Source of the DNA: Mobula hypostoma
Lineage: Eukaryota
Assembly: GCF_963921235.1 (NCBI RefSeq)
Contig: NC_086108.1
Coordinates: forward strand, 64,730,001 to 64,794,000
Direction: 5' to 3'
Length of the DNA stretch: 64,000 nucleotides
Below, in pieces: positions 1 to 12,556 of the stretch. The notes under the pieces are model-generated. The model made no database searches. It was not told the DNA's origin and was given only the letters and a program-made list of their open reading frames with translations. The position numbers were made by a program, and so were the translations under genes. How positions within the stretch are numbered: the stretch's first letter is position 1; every line of letters begins with the position of its first letter.

Positions 1-103
1 TCGTCCTTAAGCTATGACCTCTGGTTGTAGTCCCACCCAACATCTTTGGAAAAAGCTTGGATTTATCCTATCCGTACACTTAACAATTCTGTATGCCTCT
101 ATC
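1..103 (-). mobile_element. CR1-like LINE 3' region remnant, cut by the window edge
   Basis: Resembles the reverse complement of the CR1 3' region seen at 46150-46230. Confidence 0.5.
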
Positions 104-560
104 ATTATTCCTTCAGGTTCTTTCTGTCTTTCATTAAGAATATTGGATCAGTTTACTGGTTGGTGGATAGTTAGTTTAAGTTTTAATATTTTATCTTCAG
201 TTACTGGAAATGAAATTGTGTAAGTTTCATATGGATCTTTAACACATTTATATTATATTTTCATTTTTAAGGATATGAATATTTCTATTAAATAATTTAC
301 AGGAATGATAGAAATCAATAAATCATCTGAACCATTCTCTTAAAGACTATGTCTTTGTTGCTTGACTAAAATGATCAGCTTACTCATGGGTATCAACCAT
401 CTGACTCTCATTCCATTGAAGTGTAGTTTAACTAAAGCAGAGAGAATTCTGATAGCGCAAACACGAGGAAATCTGCAGATGCTGGAATTTCAAGCAACAC
501 ACATAAAAAAAATATGCTGGTGAACGCAGCAGGCCAGGCAGTATCTATAGGAAGAGGTAC

Positions 561-596
561 AGTCGACGATTCGGGCCGAGACCCTTCGTCAGGACT
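561..596 (-). ncRNA. Minimal hammerhead ribozyme motif, degenerate (GAAA>GAAT)
   Basis: Minus strand reads AGTC CTGACGA AGGGTCTCGGCCC GAATC GTC GACT. Confidence 0.65.
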
Positions 597-912
597 AACT
601 GAAAGAAGAGGTAGTAAGAGATTTGAAAGTGGGAGGGGGAGGGATGGAGCTAAGAGCTGGGCAGTTGATTGGCAAAAGGGATATGAGAGGATCATGGGAC
701 AGGAGGTCTAGGGAGAAAGAAAGGGGGAAGGGGGAAGCCCAGAGGATGGGCCAGGAGTATAGTGAGAGGGACAGAGGGAGAAAAAGGAGAGAGAGGAAAA
801 AAATTAATAATAATAATTAATAAATAACAGATGGGGTACAAAGGGGAGGTGGGGCATTAACGGAAGTTAGAGAAGGCAATGTTCATGCCATCACATTGGA
901 GGCTACCCAGAC

Positions 913-1941
913 CATGCTGAGCTGTTGACTTCATTAACTTTGCCTCCAACTTTCACCCTCCCCTCAAGTTTACCTTGTCCATTTCGGACACCTCCCTCCC
1001 CTTTCTTGATCTTTCTGTCTGTATCTCTGGAGACAGCTTATCTACTGATGTCTTCTATAAGCCTACGGACTCTTACAGCTACCTGGACTATTCCTCTTCT
1101 CACCCTGTCTCTTGTAAAAATGCCATCCCGTTTTCGCAATTCCTCCGTCTCCGCCGCATCTGCTCTTAGGATGAGGCCTTTCATTCCAGGATGAAGGAGA
1201 TGTCCTCCTTTTTTAAAGAAAGGGGCTTCCCTTCCTCCACCATCAACTCTGCTCTCAAACACATCTCTCCCATTTCACACACATCTGCTCTCACCCCATC
1301 CTCCCGCCACCCCACTAGGAATAGGGTTCCCCTTGTCCTCACCTACCACCCCACCAGCCTCCAGGTCCAACATATAATTCTCCGTAACTTCCGCCACCTC
1401 CAATGGGATCCCACCATGAAGCACATCTTTCCCTCCCACCCCCTGCTTTCAGCAGGGATCACTCCCTACGCGACTCCCTTGTCCATTCATCCCCCCCCCT
1501 TCCCTTCCCACCGATCTCCCTCCCAGAACTTACCCTTGTAAGTGGAACAAGTGCTGCATATGCCCTTACACTTCCTCCCTTACCACCATTCAGGGCCCCA
1601 GACAGTCTTTCCAGGTGAGGCGACACTTCACCTGTGAGTCGGCTGGGGTGATGTACTGCGTCCAGTGCTCCCAATGTGGCCTTCTATATATTGGCAAGAC
1701 CCAACACAGGCTGGGAGACTGTTTTGCTGAACACCTATGTTCTGTCCGCCAGAGAAAGCAGGATCTCCCAGTGGCCACAGATTTTAATTCCAATTCCCAT
1801 TCCCATTCTGATATGTCTATCCATGGCCTCCTCTACTGTCAAGATGAAGCCACACTCAGGTTGGGGGAACAACACCTTATATTCCGTCGGGGTAGCCTCC
1901 AACCTGATGGCGTGAACATTGCCTTCTCTAACTTCCGTTAA
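913..1941 (+). pseudogene. PLE ORF 3' part: RT C-terminus/thumb, Cys-rich linker, GIY-YIG endonuclease (disrupted)
   Basis: LPFLDLSV..TDVFYKPTDSYSYLDYSSSHP..QFLRLRRICS; linker TYPCKWNKCCICP; FTCESAGVMYCVQCSQCGLLYIGKTQHRL..FAEHL..GVN. In-frame TAG at 1167-1169 plus frameshifts. The Cys linker suggests the Neptune group (inference). Confidence 0.9.
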
Positions 1942-2198
1942 TGCCCCACTTCCCCTTAATTAATTAATTAATTAATTAATTCCCCCCCCCCCCCCCTCTC
2001 TCTCTCTCTCCTTTTTCTCCCTCTGTCCCTCTCACTATACTCCTTGCCCATCCTCTGGGCTCTCCCCCCCCCTTTCTTTCTCCCTAGGCCTCCCGTCCCA
2101 TGATCCTCTCATATCCCTTTTGCCGATCAACTGTCCAGCTCTTGGGTCCATCCCTCCCCCTCCCACTTTCAAATCTCTTACTATCTCTTCTTTCAGTT

Positions 2199-2234
2199 AG
2201 TCCTGACGAAGGGTCTCAGCCTGAAATGTTGACT
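2199..2234 (+). ncRNA. Minimal hammerhead ribozyme motif, CpG-decayed
   Basis: AGTC CTGACGA AGGGTCTCAGCCT GAAAT GTT GACT. Confidence 0.65.
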
Positions 2235-3694
2235 GTACCTCTTCCTATAGTTGCCTGCTGTATTCACCAGAATTCTGATAGACTAGTTCTTATCCTTCGA
2301 TTTGGAACATTTGGAAGCCATGTGCATTAGATATGTTGTTATGTTTTATTCTGAAACCTCAATGTGAAACCTAGTTTGTGAGGGAAATGTTACGTTGCTT
2401 TTTAGTCTGCAGCTGATAGGCATTAAATTGTCACTAATAACCAACACAGAGCTGTTTGTTACAACATTGAGTCGAGACTTCCAGCACATGGCCTTGCAGT
2501 TTCTTTGGAATTGTACGGAGATTTGCAATCAGCTGGTGTAAATGCTGGAGGCAAATTTCCTGTTTGCAGTATAAAATACAAGTGCAGTACATCCGTCCAA
2601 CCTATAACTGACAGTGCTGTGCACAGAACCTGAAAATCCAAAGCAAACTCAATTGATTCGGGATCACCCTCGCATGAACTGAAAGTGACCTCTGTAAGGG
2701 ATGTTGTATGAACGGGATATGCACTTTTGAATAATGTAAATCTGCTGTCTCGGTTCTTATCTAGCTGTGCCTGGTGTAAACTTGCCACATCCACTGGAGA
2801 TACAAGTGTCAACAGAGTATGATGGTTTTGATATGCCATGCATTGCATTCTGATAATCTGCTCTTGAGATTTGCCATTCAGTTGATCTTGAAATGTACTT
2901 ATTCTAAAAGGGTTAATTGTTTATCCTCATAATGTTGCCCTCACAGGTGTGAACACAGCCATTTGCAGGCTAAGAAAGTGTTGCGGCAAAAATAGATTGC
3001 AAGTTTGTTGGTTAGCTATTAACTGTGACAAGGCTTCTTGTTAGAGAGATTAACCACAAATAACGGATGGGAGCACCTTGTGACTGGTGGCTAACTCATG
3101 CAACAGCAAAAGCCTGTTGGAGATCTGCAAATCAGTGCAGATTGTTTATCTGCCAATTGCCCTGGCTGGGCTACTTTCTCTTGATTCTTGTTTCACTGTT
3201 GTGTCTGGCAGCCTCTTTCGACTGTTTGAACTTCAGCCAGAGGAAAATATTTTGACATAAAGATGTGCATTTTTCGACTGGTCAGGTCTGTGTTGGTGAT
3301 TGTGGGTTTGAGCCAAGGTAGATGTGCCACTTTATAAAAAAAACTCACGAGTGCTGATGGTTTCATATAATAGACAACCTTTTAGCTCTAAATGGCAGAC
3401 AGTCAAAGTGATTCAAATTCACTGTTGCCTTTTTTTAATGTTGAAGTACAGTAATTTTTTGTAATGAGGTCAGTGTTCTCCGTGTCTTTCACCTACTCCT
3501 TTCAACTGAAGCAGATTTTGGAACCTTGACAGCACTCATTTCTGTGTGCTGTGTTGTAATTTGAATTCTGAGAAAATCTGGTTTTACTCAGGTCTGCTAT
3601 ATTTCCCACTCCCCTCCCCGAATCTTGTTTTTTTTTGCAATAAGGTTCAAAAAGTGGCTTTGGGCTCTCTTGATCCATTTTACTGAACTACTAG

Positions 3695-3750
3695 GCCGCC
3701 ATTTTAAGTCCCCAGAACAGAATACAGCTTGCAGCTCCTTACATGGCGGC
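3695..3750. promoter_or_regulatory. Pair of YY1-type motifs in unique sequence
   Basis: GCCGCCATTTT at 3695-3705 and ACATGGCGGC at 3741-3750 match the YY1 core AANATGGCGGC, with CpGs retained. Confidence 0.35.
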
Positions 3751-5538
3751 TGTACTTAGCTGAAAACCTAACCAATTGGGTGGACCTTGTCAGGTCATGT
3801 GATATGCCACGAATGCACTTGCAGCCGTTACCCAGTCCCCAGCACATTTCTCTTCTCTCTTCCCCTCAGATACTTTACCGTGTTTTTGATGCCAAATTTC
3901 TCAAGTTATATGTGTCTAGCTAGATTGGCAGTTGTCCATAAGTTATTTTAAGAAGGCAAAAAAACTGTCTCGTAAGAGTTCTTGTGCTGCGTGCATTCTT
4001 CATGTAAAATGGATTTCCCTTCCTGGCCCCTGTCCAAGAGTGCAGAGTGCTTGCTGGGTGAGATGAGAGCTTCACTGTTGAAAACTAGTGGAATGACGCA
4101 AAGTAATTTCTGGCTTCCAACCAAACGAAGGGAGATTAGTGCCAGAATTCAACAAAATAACAAATTATTATGTAATCAAAAGTTGATCTGAATGATAGTT
4201 TTCGTTACTGCAGACTGACAGTTGCTGAGCAGTTTAGCTAGATTTAATAGATCCTCAGTTAGATGCTGGGTTGGGAGTGAGTTATGAGTGTTTTGCAATC
4301 AGGGTCTGCTCATATTGGATTTGTTAAAGGCAGATTGTCATATCTGAGCTTTTCAGCTTTCTGTGGTGTTGGCTGTAGTCTAGACTAGGCAGCGCTAATC
4401 TTCAATTCCCTTTTAAGAGATTTTTGTGGGAGGAGAGGAGTGAAGTGGTGAAAGAGAAAAAGAGATGAGAATACTAAAGTATCTAAAATGTTTTGGTTAC
4501 TATATGTAAAAAAAAAGCAATTAAACATCTTAAAAGCTGTTTCTGTAAAAGTGTAGTAATTCTTTCCACTCCTGTTATATAGCTTATAAGACTATAACCC
4601 TTTTTACAGTGCTGTATCTATTTCAAGGCTTTTTAAGCAATTTCTTAACCCTTTGAGCACTGAAGGAAATTTTCAGCACTTAAAGGAAACAAATCTCTTT
4701 TTATGTAACTGGTTTCCTCAAGGAGAGCCCGCTGGAATGTATGCTCATGAACTGAGCTCCACCTCCTCCACAGCTGCCCAAAAGTGTTAGGTTAGGATAA
4801 TTAGCCAATTTTCATCTGGATTTACCTGCAAATCTTTCCTTATCCTGAAAGGAAATGGGGCTAATGTTCGTGTAGGTCAGGCAGGTCATCAGCAACACTG
4901 AGTACATTGCCAGTAGTAGCATGACTGAGCCATTTTTATAGCTGAGCCAATTTTGCATATGGCTGGCGAACTGCCAGCACTCAAGTAGTCTAGCTGGGCA
5001 GCTCGCCGATCTGGGTGCATTGGAAATCCAACAGATAAGTTAGAAACCTTTATTTAAAGGGAGGAAGTAAGTGATTCTGGGGAATGGGGATGGGAGTGGG
5101 GAGGGGGTGGTTGCGGGGGGGGGGTTTCAGAAGGACTGGAGGCAGACTTGATCTTTATAAATTCTGAGGGAAGGTCCTTGTTTCCCCGATCCTTAACAAA
5201 TCATTTAAAAACCACCTGCAATATGCTCAGAGCAGTCTCCATCATCTCACTGTGAACCACTGATCAGATTGCTTAATGATCCGCATCAGTGGCTGATCCT
5301 TTTTAGTGCACATTTGTCCGGTTCTGGAAAACTGACCAGAGGAGCTAAATTATTGTATAAGCCTAACCTTAATAATGCTTTGGTTTTGTGGTCTCCACTG
5401 AAGTGACAATGCTCACAGTTTATCTTTTTAAAAAATAAAAGATCACAAAGATCTGGCTAAGCTTAAACTGGTGTGGATGTGATCATTCATTTTTCAGTTA
5501 CTGACAGGCATCCGTTCTTTAGTGTCTTAACAACAGGA

Positions 5539-6621
5539 TTGACAAAGTGCCACATATGAGATTGTTTCATAAGTTACGAACCAATGTTGTTACAGGAAAG
5601 ATACTAGCATGGGTAAAGAAGTGGCTGATTGGCAGGAGGCAAAAAGTGGAAATAAGGGGTGCCTTTCCTGGTTGGCTGCTGGTGACTGGTGGTGTTCCAC
5701 CGGGATTGCTTCGTTTTACATTTTTATGTCAATGACTTGGATGATGTAATTGATGGTTTTGTTGCAAAATTTGTGGATGATACAAAGATAGGTGGAGGGC
5801 AGGTAGGTTTGAGGAAGTAGAGAGCCTTCAGAAGGATTTAGATTAGAAGAATGGGCAAAGAAGCGGCAGATAGAATACCGTGTCGGGAAATGTATGGTCA
5901 TGTACTTTTGTAGAAGAAATGAAAGGGTTAACTATTTTCTAATTGGAGAGAAAATACAAAAAAAAATAGGTGCAAAGGGACTAGGGAGTCCTTGTGCAGA
6001 ATTCCCTTAAGGTTAATTTGCAGGTTGAGTCCGTGGTGCAGGAAGATGTAATAAGGCTTTATAAAGCACTGCTAAGGCCTCACTTGAACTATTATAAGCA
6101 GTTTTGGGCCCCTTACCTTAGAAAGGATGTGCTGACACTGGAAAGGGTTCAGAGGAAGTTCATGAAAATGATTTCAGGATTGAACGACTCGTCATATCAA
6201 AAACATTTGTCTCTGAGTCTGTATTCACTAGCATACAGAAGAATGAGAGGTGGCCTAATTGAGATCTTTTGAATGGTGAAAGGCCTTAATAGAGTGGATG
6301 TGGAGAGATTGTTTCTTGTGGTGGGAGAGTCTAGGACCAGAGGACACAGCCTTAGAACAGAGATGAGGAGGAATTTCTTTAGCCAGAGAGTTGTGAATCT
6401 GTAGAATTTGATGCTACAGACAGCTCTAGAGGTCATTTGTTTATGTATATTTAAGGCAGAGGTTGATAGATTCTTGATTAGTTAGGGCATGTATGATATG
6501 GGGAGAAGGCAGGAGATTGGGGTTTGAGAGGGAAAATGGATCAGCCATGATGTAATGGCAGAGCAGACTTGATGGCCAGATGGCCTAATTCAGCTCCTAT
6601 ATCTGTGGTCATGATCTTATG
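5539..6621 (+). mobile_element. CR1 LINE, 5'-truncated (RT C-terminus to 3' end)
   Basis: DKVPHMRL..KILAWVKKWL; AKFVDDTK; LYKALLRPHLNY..QFWAPYLRKDVLTLERVQRKFMKMI; CR1-type 3' UTR. Confidence 0.88.
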
Positions 6622-6644
6622 TACTATATAAACAGTATATGTGA

Positions 6645-6968
6645 GGCAAGAGTAGACGTTGGAAAATGATGCTGGAGAGGTAGTAATTGGGAACAAAGAA
6701 ATGGTGGATGAATTGAATAAGTTTTTTGCTTTAGTCTACACTGTGGAAGATAGCAGCACCACGCCAGAAATTCAAGGAAGTCAGGACAGAAATTAGCATA
6801 GTCACTATTAGTAAGGAATAGGTACTTGGAAAGATGAAAAGTCTGAAAATAGATAAGTCACCTGGACTAGATGGAATATACTCCAGCTTTCTGAAAGAAG
6901 CAGCTGAAGAGATTGTGGAGGCATCAGAAGTGATTTTCTTTTTAAGAATCACTAGGTTCTGGAATGGT
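6645..6968 (+). mobile_element. CR1 ORF2 internal fragment
   Basis: ENDAGEVVIGNKEMVDELNKFF..LKIDKSPGLDGI..LKEAAEEIVE, similar to 44740-45060. Confidence 0.8.
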
Positions 6969-7199
6969 TGTATCATAGTTATAGTTCTAGTCTCGATGTT
7001 ACTTCTCAGTATGTACATTCCCTTCTCCTTCTTAAGCAGACTCCCTCCAGCCTCCTTTCCTCAACCCTCCAGGGCTGAGAATGATTTGCCTCCATTCTAT
7101 TTTTTTTGGATTCTGGAGTTAGGTGGGCAGAAGGTGGCTGATTGGGCAAGTGGGTAAAAGTAAGGAAGGAAGGAAGCTTTTTCCACTGCTTATGCAGTG

Positions 7200-7380
7200 C
7201 TTTTAAGATGTGGCCGCAAGATGCTCATGATCACTGTTCTCCACTATGAGCAGGCAAGGACCTGAGGTTCTCAGGAAGCAGTGAGGGGTGTTGCACTTCT
7301 TCCAGGAAGCTTTGAGCATTCCTTGATGTGTACTCTTTGTCCACTTGTAGAAATATTCTACTTGATTTCCAGTGGTTAAA
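7200..7380 (-). mobile_element. Old RTE-like LINE remnant
   Basis: Minus strand encodes a ..IKECSKLPGRS/LKASWKK-like stretch recalling the RTE C-terminal KRFKDVLKASLKK motif; heavily decayed. Confidence 0.35.
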
Positions 7381-8052
7381 TTTCACTTGCATGTTGACTG
7401 CAGATCCCTCTGTTTTAAGTATTTCACTGTTAATTTCAAGCCCACAAATTTTCTTAATCTATCATCGTATGGATGGCAACACAGTACAAGCAGGTTTGTG
7501 CATCAGAGGTTGTGGAAGCAAAATTCTCAGGAGAGGACCCTGGAGGATACTTGGAGTTTCACCTGCATGTGAAAAGGAGCAAGTGATGTAGTCATAGTTC
7601 AATAAGAGTCAGAGCAGTGTACATCAGAAGAAAATAGTAAACCAGAAACCAGCGAGACTTGAAGAGGAAGCAAAGTATGACCACTCCAGTAAACAAGAAT
7701 AACTCTATAAGGTATGTCTAGTTTATTCAAGATTTATCTTGTGCTGAACGCATATACACAATAATACACACATAATAACATGTCATTCAGAAACATCACC
7801 CTTATCTATGTGTACTAAACAATGTTTAGTTGAGTACCCACCAATGGAGCTGAATACAGAAGGGAAAAGAGTATACAGGATTTTGAATGAGAATGAACTC
7901 AGGCTTTAACATTCTGTATGAGAATGGACTCTTTTCAGGTGTGATTAAAAATTCCTACTCTTAAAGTGTTGAAGGTACATTTGAATACCTCTCCTTTCTT
8001 TTCCGCTGTTCGTTTGATATTCAGGTGCAGAATCACTATTCACTGTCAGTTA

Positions 8053-9637
8053 CAGTGCCTTGTAAAAGTATTTAGTTCTCAAGCCTTTGTTCACATAAAT
8101 CAGTATTACAACCAGGGATCTTGATCAATTTAACTGAGAATTTGTACTTGTGAATCACATGTTCTTTTTTCCACAATAGAGCCCCCTCCCAAAAAAAACA
8201 GGGAAAATTTGTAAATCATGAAAAACTTAAAAATTCAAAAATGGAAATGTCAGCAGTTCTAAACTATCCATCCCCTTTTGCTCAGTACTTAGTTGAACCA
8301 ACTCTTGCAGCTATTACAGCCATTAATCTTGGATAAGTCTCTAATAGCTTTGCACAATGCGATGGAGCAAGATTTGCCTATTCCTCCTTGCAAAATTGCC
8401 AAAACTGTGCTAGATTAATTGGGGAGTGGTGGTGGACAGATAATTTGGGATCTTGCCAAAGATGTTCAATCGGGATAAGGTCAGGACCGGGCCACTCAAG
8501 GACATCAGTTATCTTCATTTGAAGCCACTCCATGTTTGCTCTGGCAGTGTGCTTTGGGTTATTATGCTGCTGAAAGATGAACTTTCTCCCCAGTTTAAGG
8601 TTTCTGGAAGAGGCTAGCAGGTTTTTATCCATGATCTCTCTGTATTTAGCAGCATCCATCTTCCCATCAATCTTGACCAGATATACAGTCCCTGCTGTTG
8701 AAAAGCATCCCCATAGCATGATGCTACCTCCACCATATTTTACAGTAGAGATGGTGTTACCTGGCTGATGTGCAGTGTTAGATTTACACCACACGTACTG
8801 CTTAATGTTGAGGCCAAAACGTTTCCCTTTAATCTCATCCGACCACAAGACTTTCTTCCACATCTTTACAGTATATTCTAAGTGAAGCTTTGCAAATTCT
8901 TTGTGGTCAAGAATATGTTTTTTTTTAACCAGAGCTTCTTCCTTGCCTCTCTTCCATAAATACCATTTTTGTGCAAGGCCTTGGAGATTGTGGAGCCATG
9001 AACTCCATCTCCAGATGCAGCCACTGTCTTTTGCAGCTCACTCAGAGTGACTGTTGGCTTCATAATAACCTCTCTTACAAGTGTGCCATTCTTCTCTGGT
9101 GACTATGTTTAGAGGGGCAGCCTATCTAGGCAGTGTGGCTGTGGTTTCATATTTTTCCACTTTTTCACTGAGCAAGGTACATTCAGTGCCTTTGAGATGG
9201 CCTTGTACCCTTCCCTGCATTTGTGCTTCTCCATTATCATTTCCCTAACTTGCCTTGAATGCTTTCTTGTATTCATTTTGGTTTGGTCTGTTGAAAATGT
9301 ACCATACTGTTGAACCTTACAGAGAGCGGGGTTATTTATTCAGGTGATCCTCCAGTTTTCTACATCAGCAAATTGGGTGAGTTGGTAAGGTAATATACAG
9401 TATTGCACCTGAGGAAAGTTAGCATAGTAATTATGAAGGGGATGAATACTCTTTCAGCCTCTCAAATTTGGTTTTTGATTTTTAGTAAATTGCTGACAGG
9501 TTTTGGAATTTTTCTTTTGATTTGACATGATGTTTTGTCAAATCAAATATTCCTATTTCACTTTATTTTAAATTTTGAAAATGAGACTGTAAATCGCGAA
9601 AATAGTTGTGGGTGCTGAATACTTTTTCAAGGCACTG
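8053..9637 (-). mobile_element. Tc1-family DNA transposon, IR/DR type, decayed
   Basis: TA at 8051-8052 then CAGTGCCTTGTAAAAGTATT; inverse AATACTTTTTCAAGGCACTG ends at 9637. Inner repeats near 8262-8278 and 9435-9451. Transposase on the minus strand. Confidence 0.93.
8282..9276 (-). pseudogene. Tc1 transposase pseudogene
   Basis: MNTRKHSRQVREMIMEKH..GYKAISKALNVP; WKKVLWSDEIK; TVKYGGGSIMLWGCF; FQQHNNPKH (catalytic D lost); PDLIPIEHLW; ends GSTKY*. Multiple frameshifts. Confidence 0.9.
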
Positions 9638-10469
9638 TGTATGCCTGAATTGTTTCACAAATAATTTCCCATCCATTCATCCCTCAAAACATTTCAACAC
9701 ATACATACAGATATTTCCAGAATGTGGATCCATATATTTATCAATGTACTGAGGCAAAAATATTTCAAAATGTCATCATCATAAAAATAGTGTCCAGGCA
9801 TTTTTATCTACTTCAAGTAGAAAAAAAATCTGGTTAGTAGCTGAGTGTTGAAAACTTTCAAATCCTAGTCTCAAATTTTTTTGAGGTGGAGGAGAGTAGG
9901 CACAAGGAGAGGTGACTACTTTTGTCTGGCTTGATTTTAAAATCCTGGAGGCTAAAATTCTATTACTGCTAGCTTTATTGTACACTCGGTCATTATGTCA
10001 CAATTGGTGTCTTTAATGTTGCTCAGTCAGCAGGTTTTTAAGCCTTGAAACTTGTGTTTTTGTTTCTGTTTAGCAAATTTTCAAATATAGTTTGTGGGGA
10101 ATGCCCTTGGAGAAAAACACGAGTGGGGAAAAAAAAGCATTAAAATTTATGCACAGTGACCTAACTATAAGGTGCCATTGCTCCTTGGTAAAATTTGCAT
10201 AACAAGAATGACCTCTATTCATTGACACAACTTAATCTGAGCAATTTTCTGCAAGATGTATCTCCTTTCCATTCAAATGAAGTGTATATACCAGGAATTT
10301 AGTTGAATGTTGCTGTTTTCTTCAATGTTATTCATTTGAAATTCTGTATTTTCCAGATTATTGCTTAAACAAAAATGACTGCATTCTTCCTAGCCTCAGT
10401 CCTTCTGCTGATGCATTTTCCACATCAGATCCAACGCTGCTTTGGATCATTGCAGGAAATTGTGGACCG

Positions 10470-10780
10470 TATTCGAAAACAGTTACTTCCCCCAAACTGT
10501 CAGACTGATCAGCTCCCCGTTAACCCAGCCCAATAACCCCCACCACCATCGCTACATGCACATCACCACGCATCACTTTATGTGCATACGATTAGTCGAT
10601 GTATATAACAGTTACTTGAACATTGTGTTGTACAGGATTGCCTTAATATTCTGTTTTTTAATATGTTCTTTATGCTTATTATGTTTTTTTATGTTGCATC
10701 GGATCCGAAGTGACAATCATTTTGTTCTCCTTTACACTCATGTACTAAAGACTGACAATAAACAGTCGTAAATCTTGAAT
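10470..10780 (+). mobile_element. Rex1/Babar-like LINE 3' end
   Basis: FENSYFPQTVRLI C-terminal motif, T-rich UTR, AATAAA and a short repeat tail. Confidence 0.7.
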
Positions 10781-11256
10781 ATTCTCCAATTGGTGGGGTG
10801 GACACCCCAGGGATAACATGGTCTTACTTGTAGTGTGCCAGAGTGTGAGGATTGCAAAGGAAATAAATTACTCCCCTTCTTCCTAGGCCATTTTCTACAC
10901 CCCAAAACCTTTACTCTGTACTTGCCCCAATCTGAGCCTCTGCATGACCTGTGATACTCGTTCAATTGCTGTCAGTCTTGTTTCTTGATCAGTCCTTCCT
11001 GAATCCAAGTTTAATCCTGCCCAGGCCCATCACCAAGTGCCGGATCCCTTTGATGATACCATTGAACTTTATAATGTCCTGTCTATGTGGTGCTGTAATA
11101 CAAAATAATTTACTGAATTTACGAGTTCCGCAATTGTTTTACTCATTCCAAACTAGTTTGAAATAATGCAAGTAAGATGTGTTTCTTGGAATAATGAATG
11201 CACTTTAAATGAAGATCTTACCAAGGCTGAAATCACTGGAGGATCTAGCTAGTTAA

Positions 11257-11323
11257 AACATAGAACATAGAAATATACAGCACATTACAAGCCCTTTGGC
11301 CCGCAATGTTGTGCCGACCATGT
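11257..11323 (-). mobile_element. Very short CR1 3' tail
   Basis: AACATAGAACATAGAAATATACAGCAC..GCCCTTTGGCCC, the inverse of a CR1 terminal repeat and hairpin. Confidence 0.6.
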
Positions 11324-12556
11324 TAGTTAGATAGAGACAACCAATGTGTCGGTTGCCTCAGTCATGGAACAGTTCTTTACTTCGGTGTTCAAGTTATCCT
11401 TAACTTTGCTTAATTGAATAAAATAAATTGGAATGTTGTAGTTACAGGGTTACAAAATGGCTTCATACTCAAATCCACAGAGATTTCAAAAGATTATTGC
11501 TTTGATCCCTCTGCACCCATTTATAATCGAATCCTAAATTTTCCTCAGACTGGATGGTTGTAGATTGTTTTTTTTCCTAATGCCCAGACAAATTAGAACA
11601 TTGAGATTTAGAAAGGGTTTGTTTTCACTTAAGTGAAAACAAGTGTAGCACAATGCTCAAATGAAATTCATGTATTCTAAGTATACTGGAATGCTCAGAT
11701 GAATTGTGTTTATACTGTCCATCAAGTCTTTTGCAAATGACTTCAAAATTTTTCCCCTAACTAAAGTTGCATCTACCTTTAGCTTAATTGAATAAATAAA
11801 GTAGACGCTGACGGAAGATCTCACTGACAATGGAGGTTAAGTGCAATAGTAACCTCACATTGAGAGAAATATTCTGAGCTTTATGATCCTTCTGATACAA
11901 ATCTAATGGCCCCCTGGAAATTAAATTGAAGAATCTCAGAAACCAGCAGTATTGTTCCTTTGGCCATGTAAAACTAAAATGCTGTATAGGCCTTTTTAAA
12001 ATATGTGTATTTTAAAGTCTCTGACTGTTTTAAATTATGCATTGGTTTTGATCTAAATATTTACATGTAATGAATAGTTAATCTCAGAGAATTTCAGAAC
12101 TAGACAGTTTCTTAAATGGCTCTGAGATACCTTTGGAGTTAGAAATCTGCAGGGCAATTTTCTTCCAAGAACAAAACAAGTTTTGTGCATATGAAACGTA
12201 ACTCTGTTAAGATTTTGCATGTAATTTTATTCTTGGCAATATGGGCTCTTTCTAATTGTTTCATAATAATAGTATCAGTTATTCTTTTGCACCAATGAGT
12301 GAGTGTAACCAAGTTAATTGTCTATTACAGTCTATGAATATGTTGATGGAAATTGAGAGATGTTTAAGTAAAATAGGGACTGTATAGCAGGGTTTAACAA
12401 TGGAAGATAGATCCATGGTATCCTTTTGGAAGAGTAACTGACATTGTGGAATCATTGCTGTGTGCGCACAAAGCTGCAATCTTAAAAACAAAATTACTGC
12501 TCAATTGTCAAGGTTGGTTATTTTATATAAAAAAAAGTTGTGTTTTTTTTTTGTAG

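Larger units (their letters stand above)
456..2268. mobile_element. Fold-back Penelope-like retroelement insertion: minus arm 456-912, plus arm 913-2268
   Basis: Left arm is the reverse complement of the element 3' region. TSD AGAATTCTGATAG at 443-455 and 2269-2281. The plus arm carries RT C-terminal and GIY-YIG coding fragments. Confidence 0.92.

Noticed and set aside
432..820. Recurrent short ORFs (MLVNAAGQA.., VSPDEGSRPETST..), also at 41466, 53614 and 54925
   Set aside because: Translations of the non-coding PLE 3' end; the conserved PDEG..PET pattern reflects the hammerhead nucleotides CTGACGA..GAAAC.
1167..1169. In-frame stop in the PLE ORF as possible recoding or selenocysteine
   Set aside because: It is TAG, not TGA, in a copy that also has frameshifts; simple decay.
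7440..7716. Possible exon ending at donor AG|GTATGT
   Set aside because: Weak acceptor and stops in all three frames; no recognisable protein.
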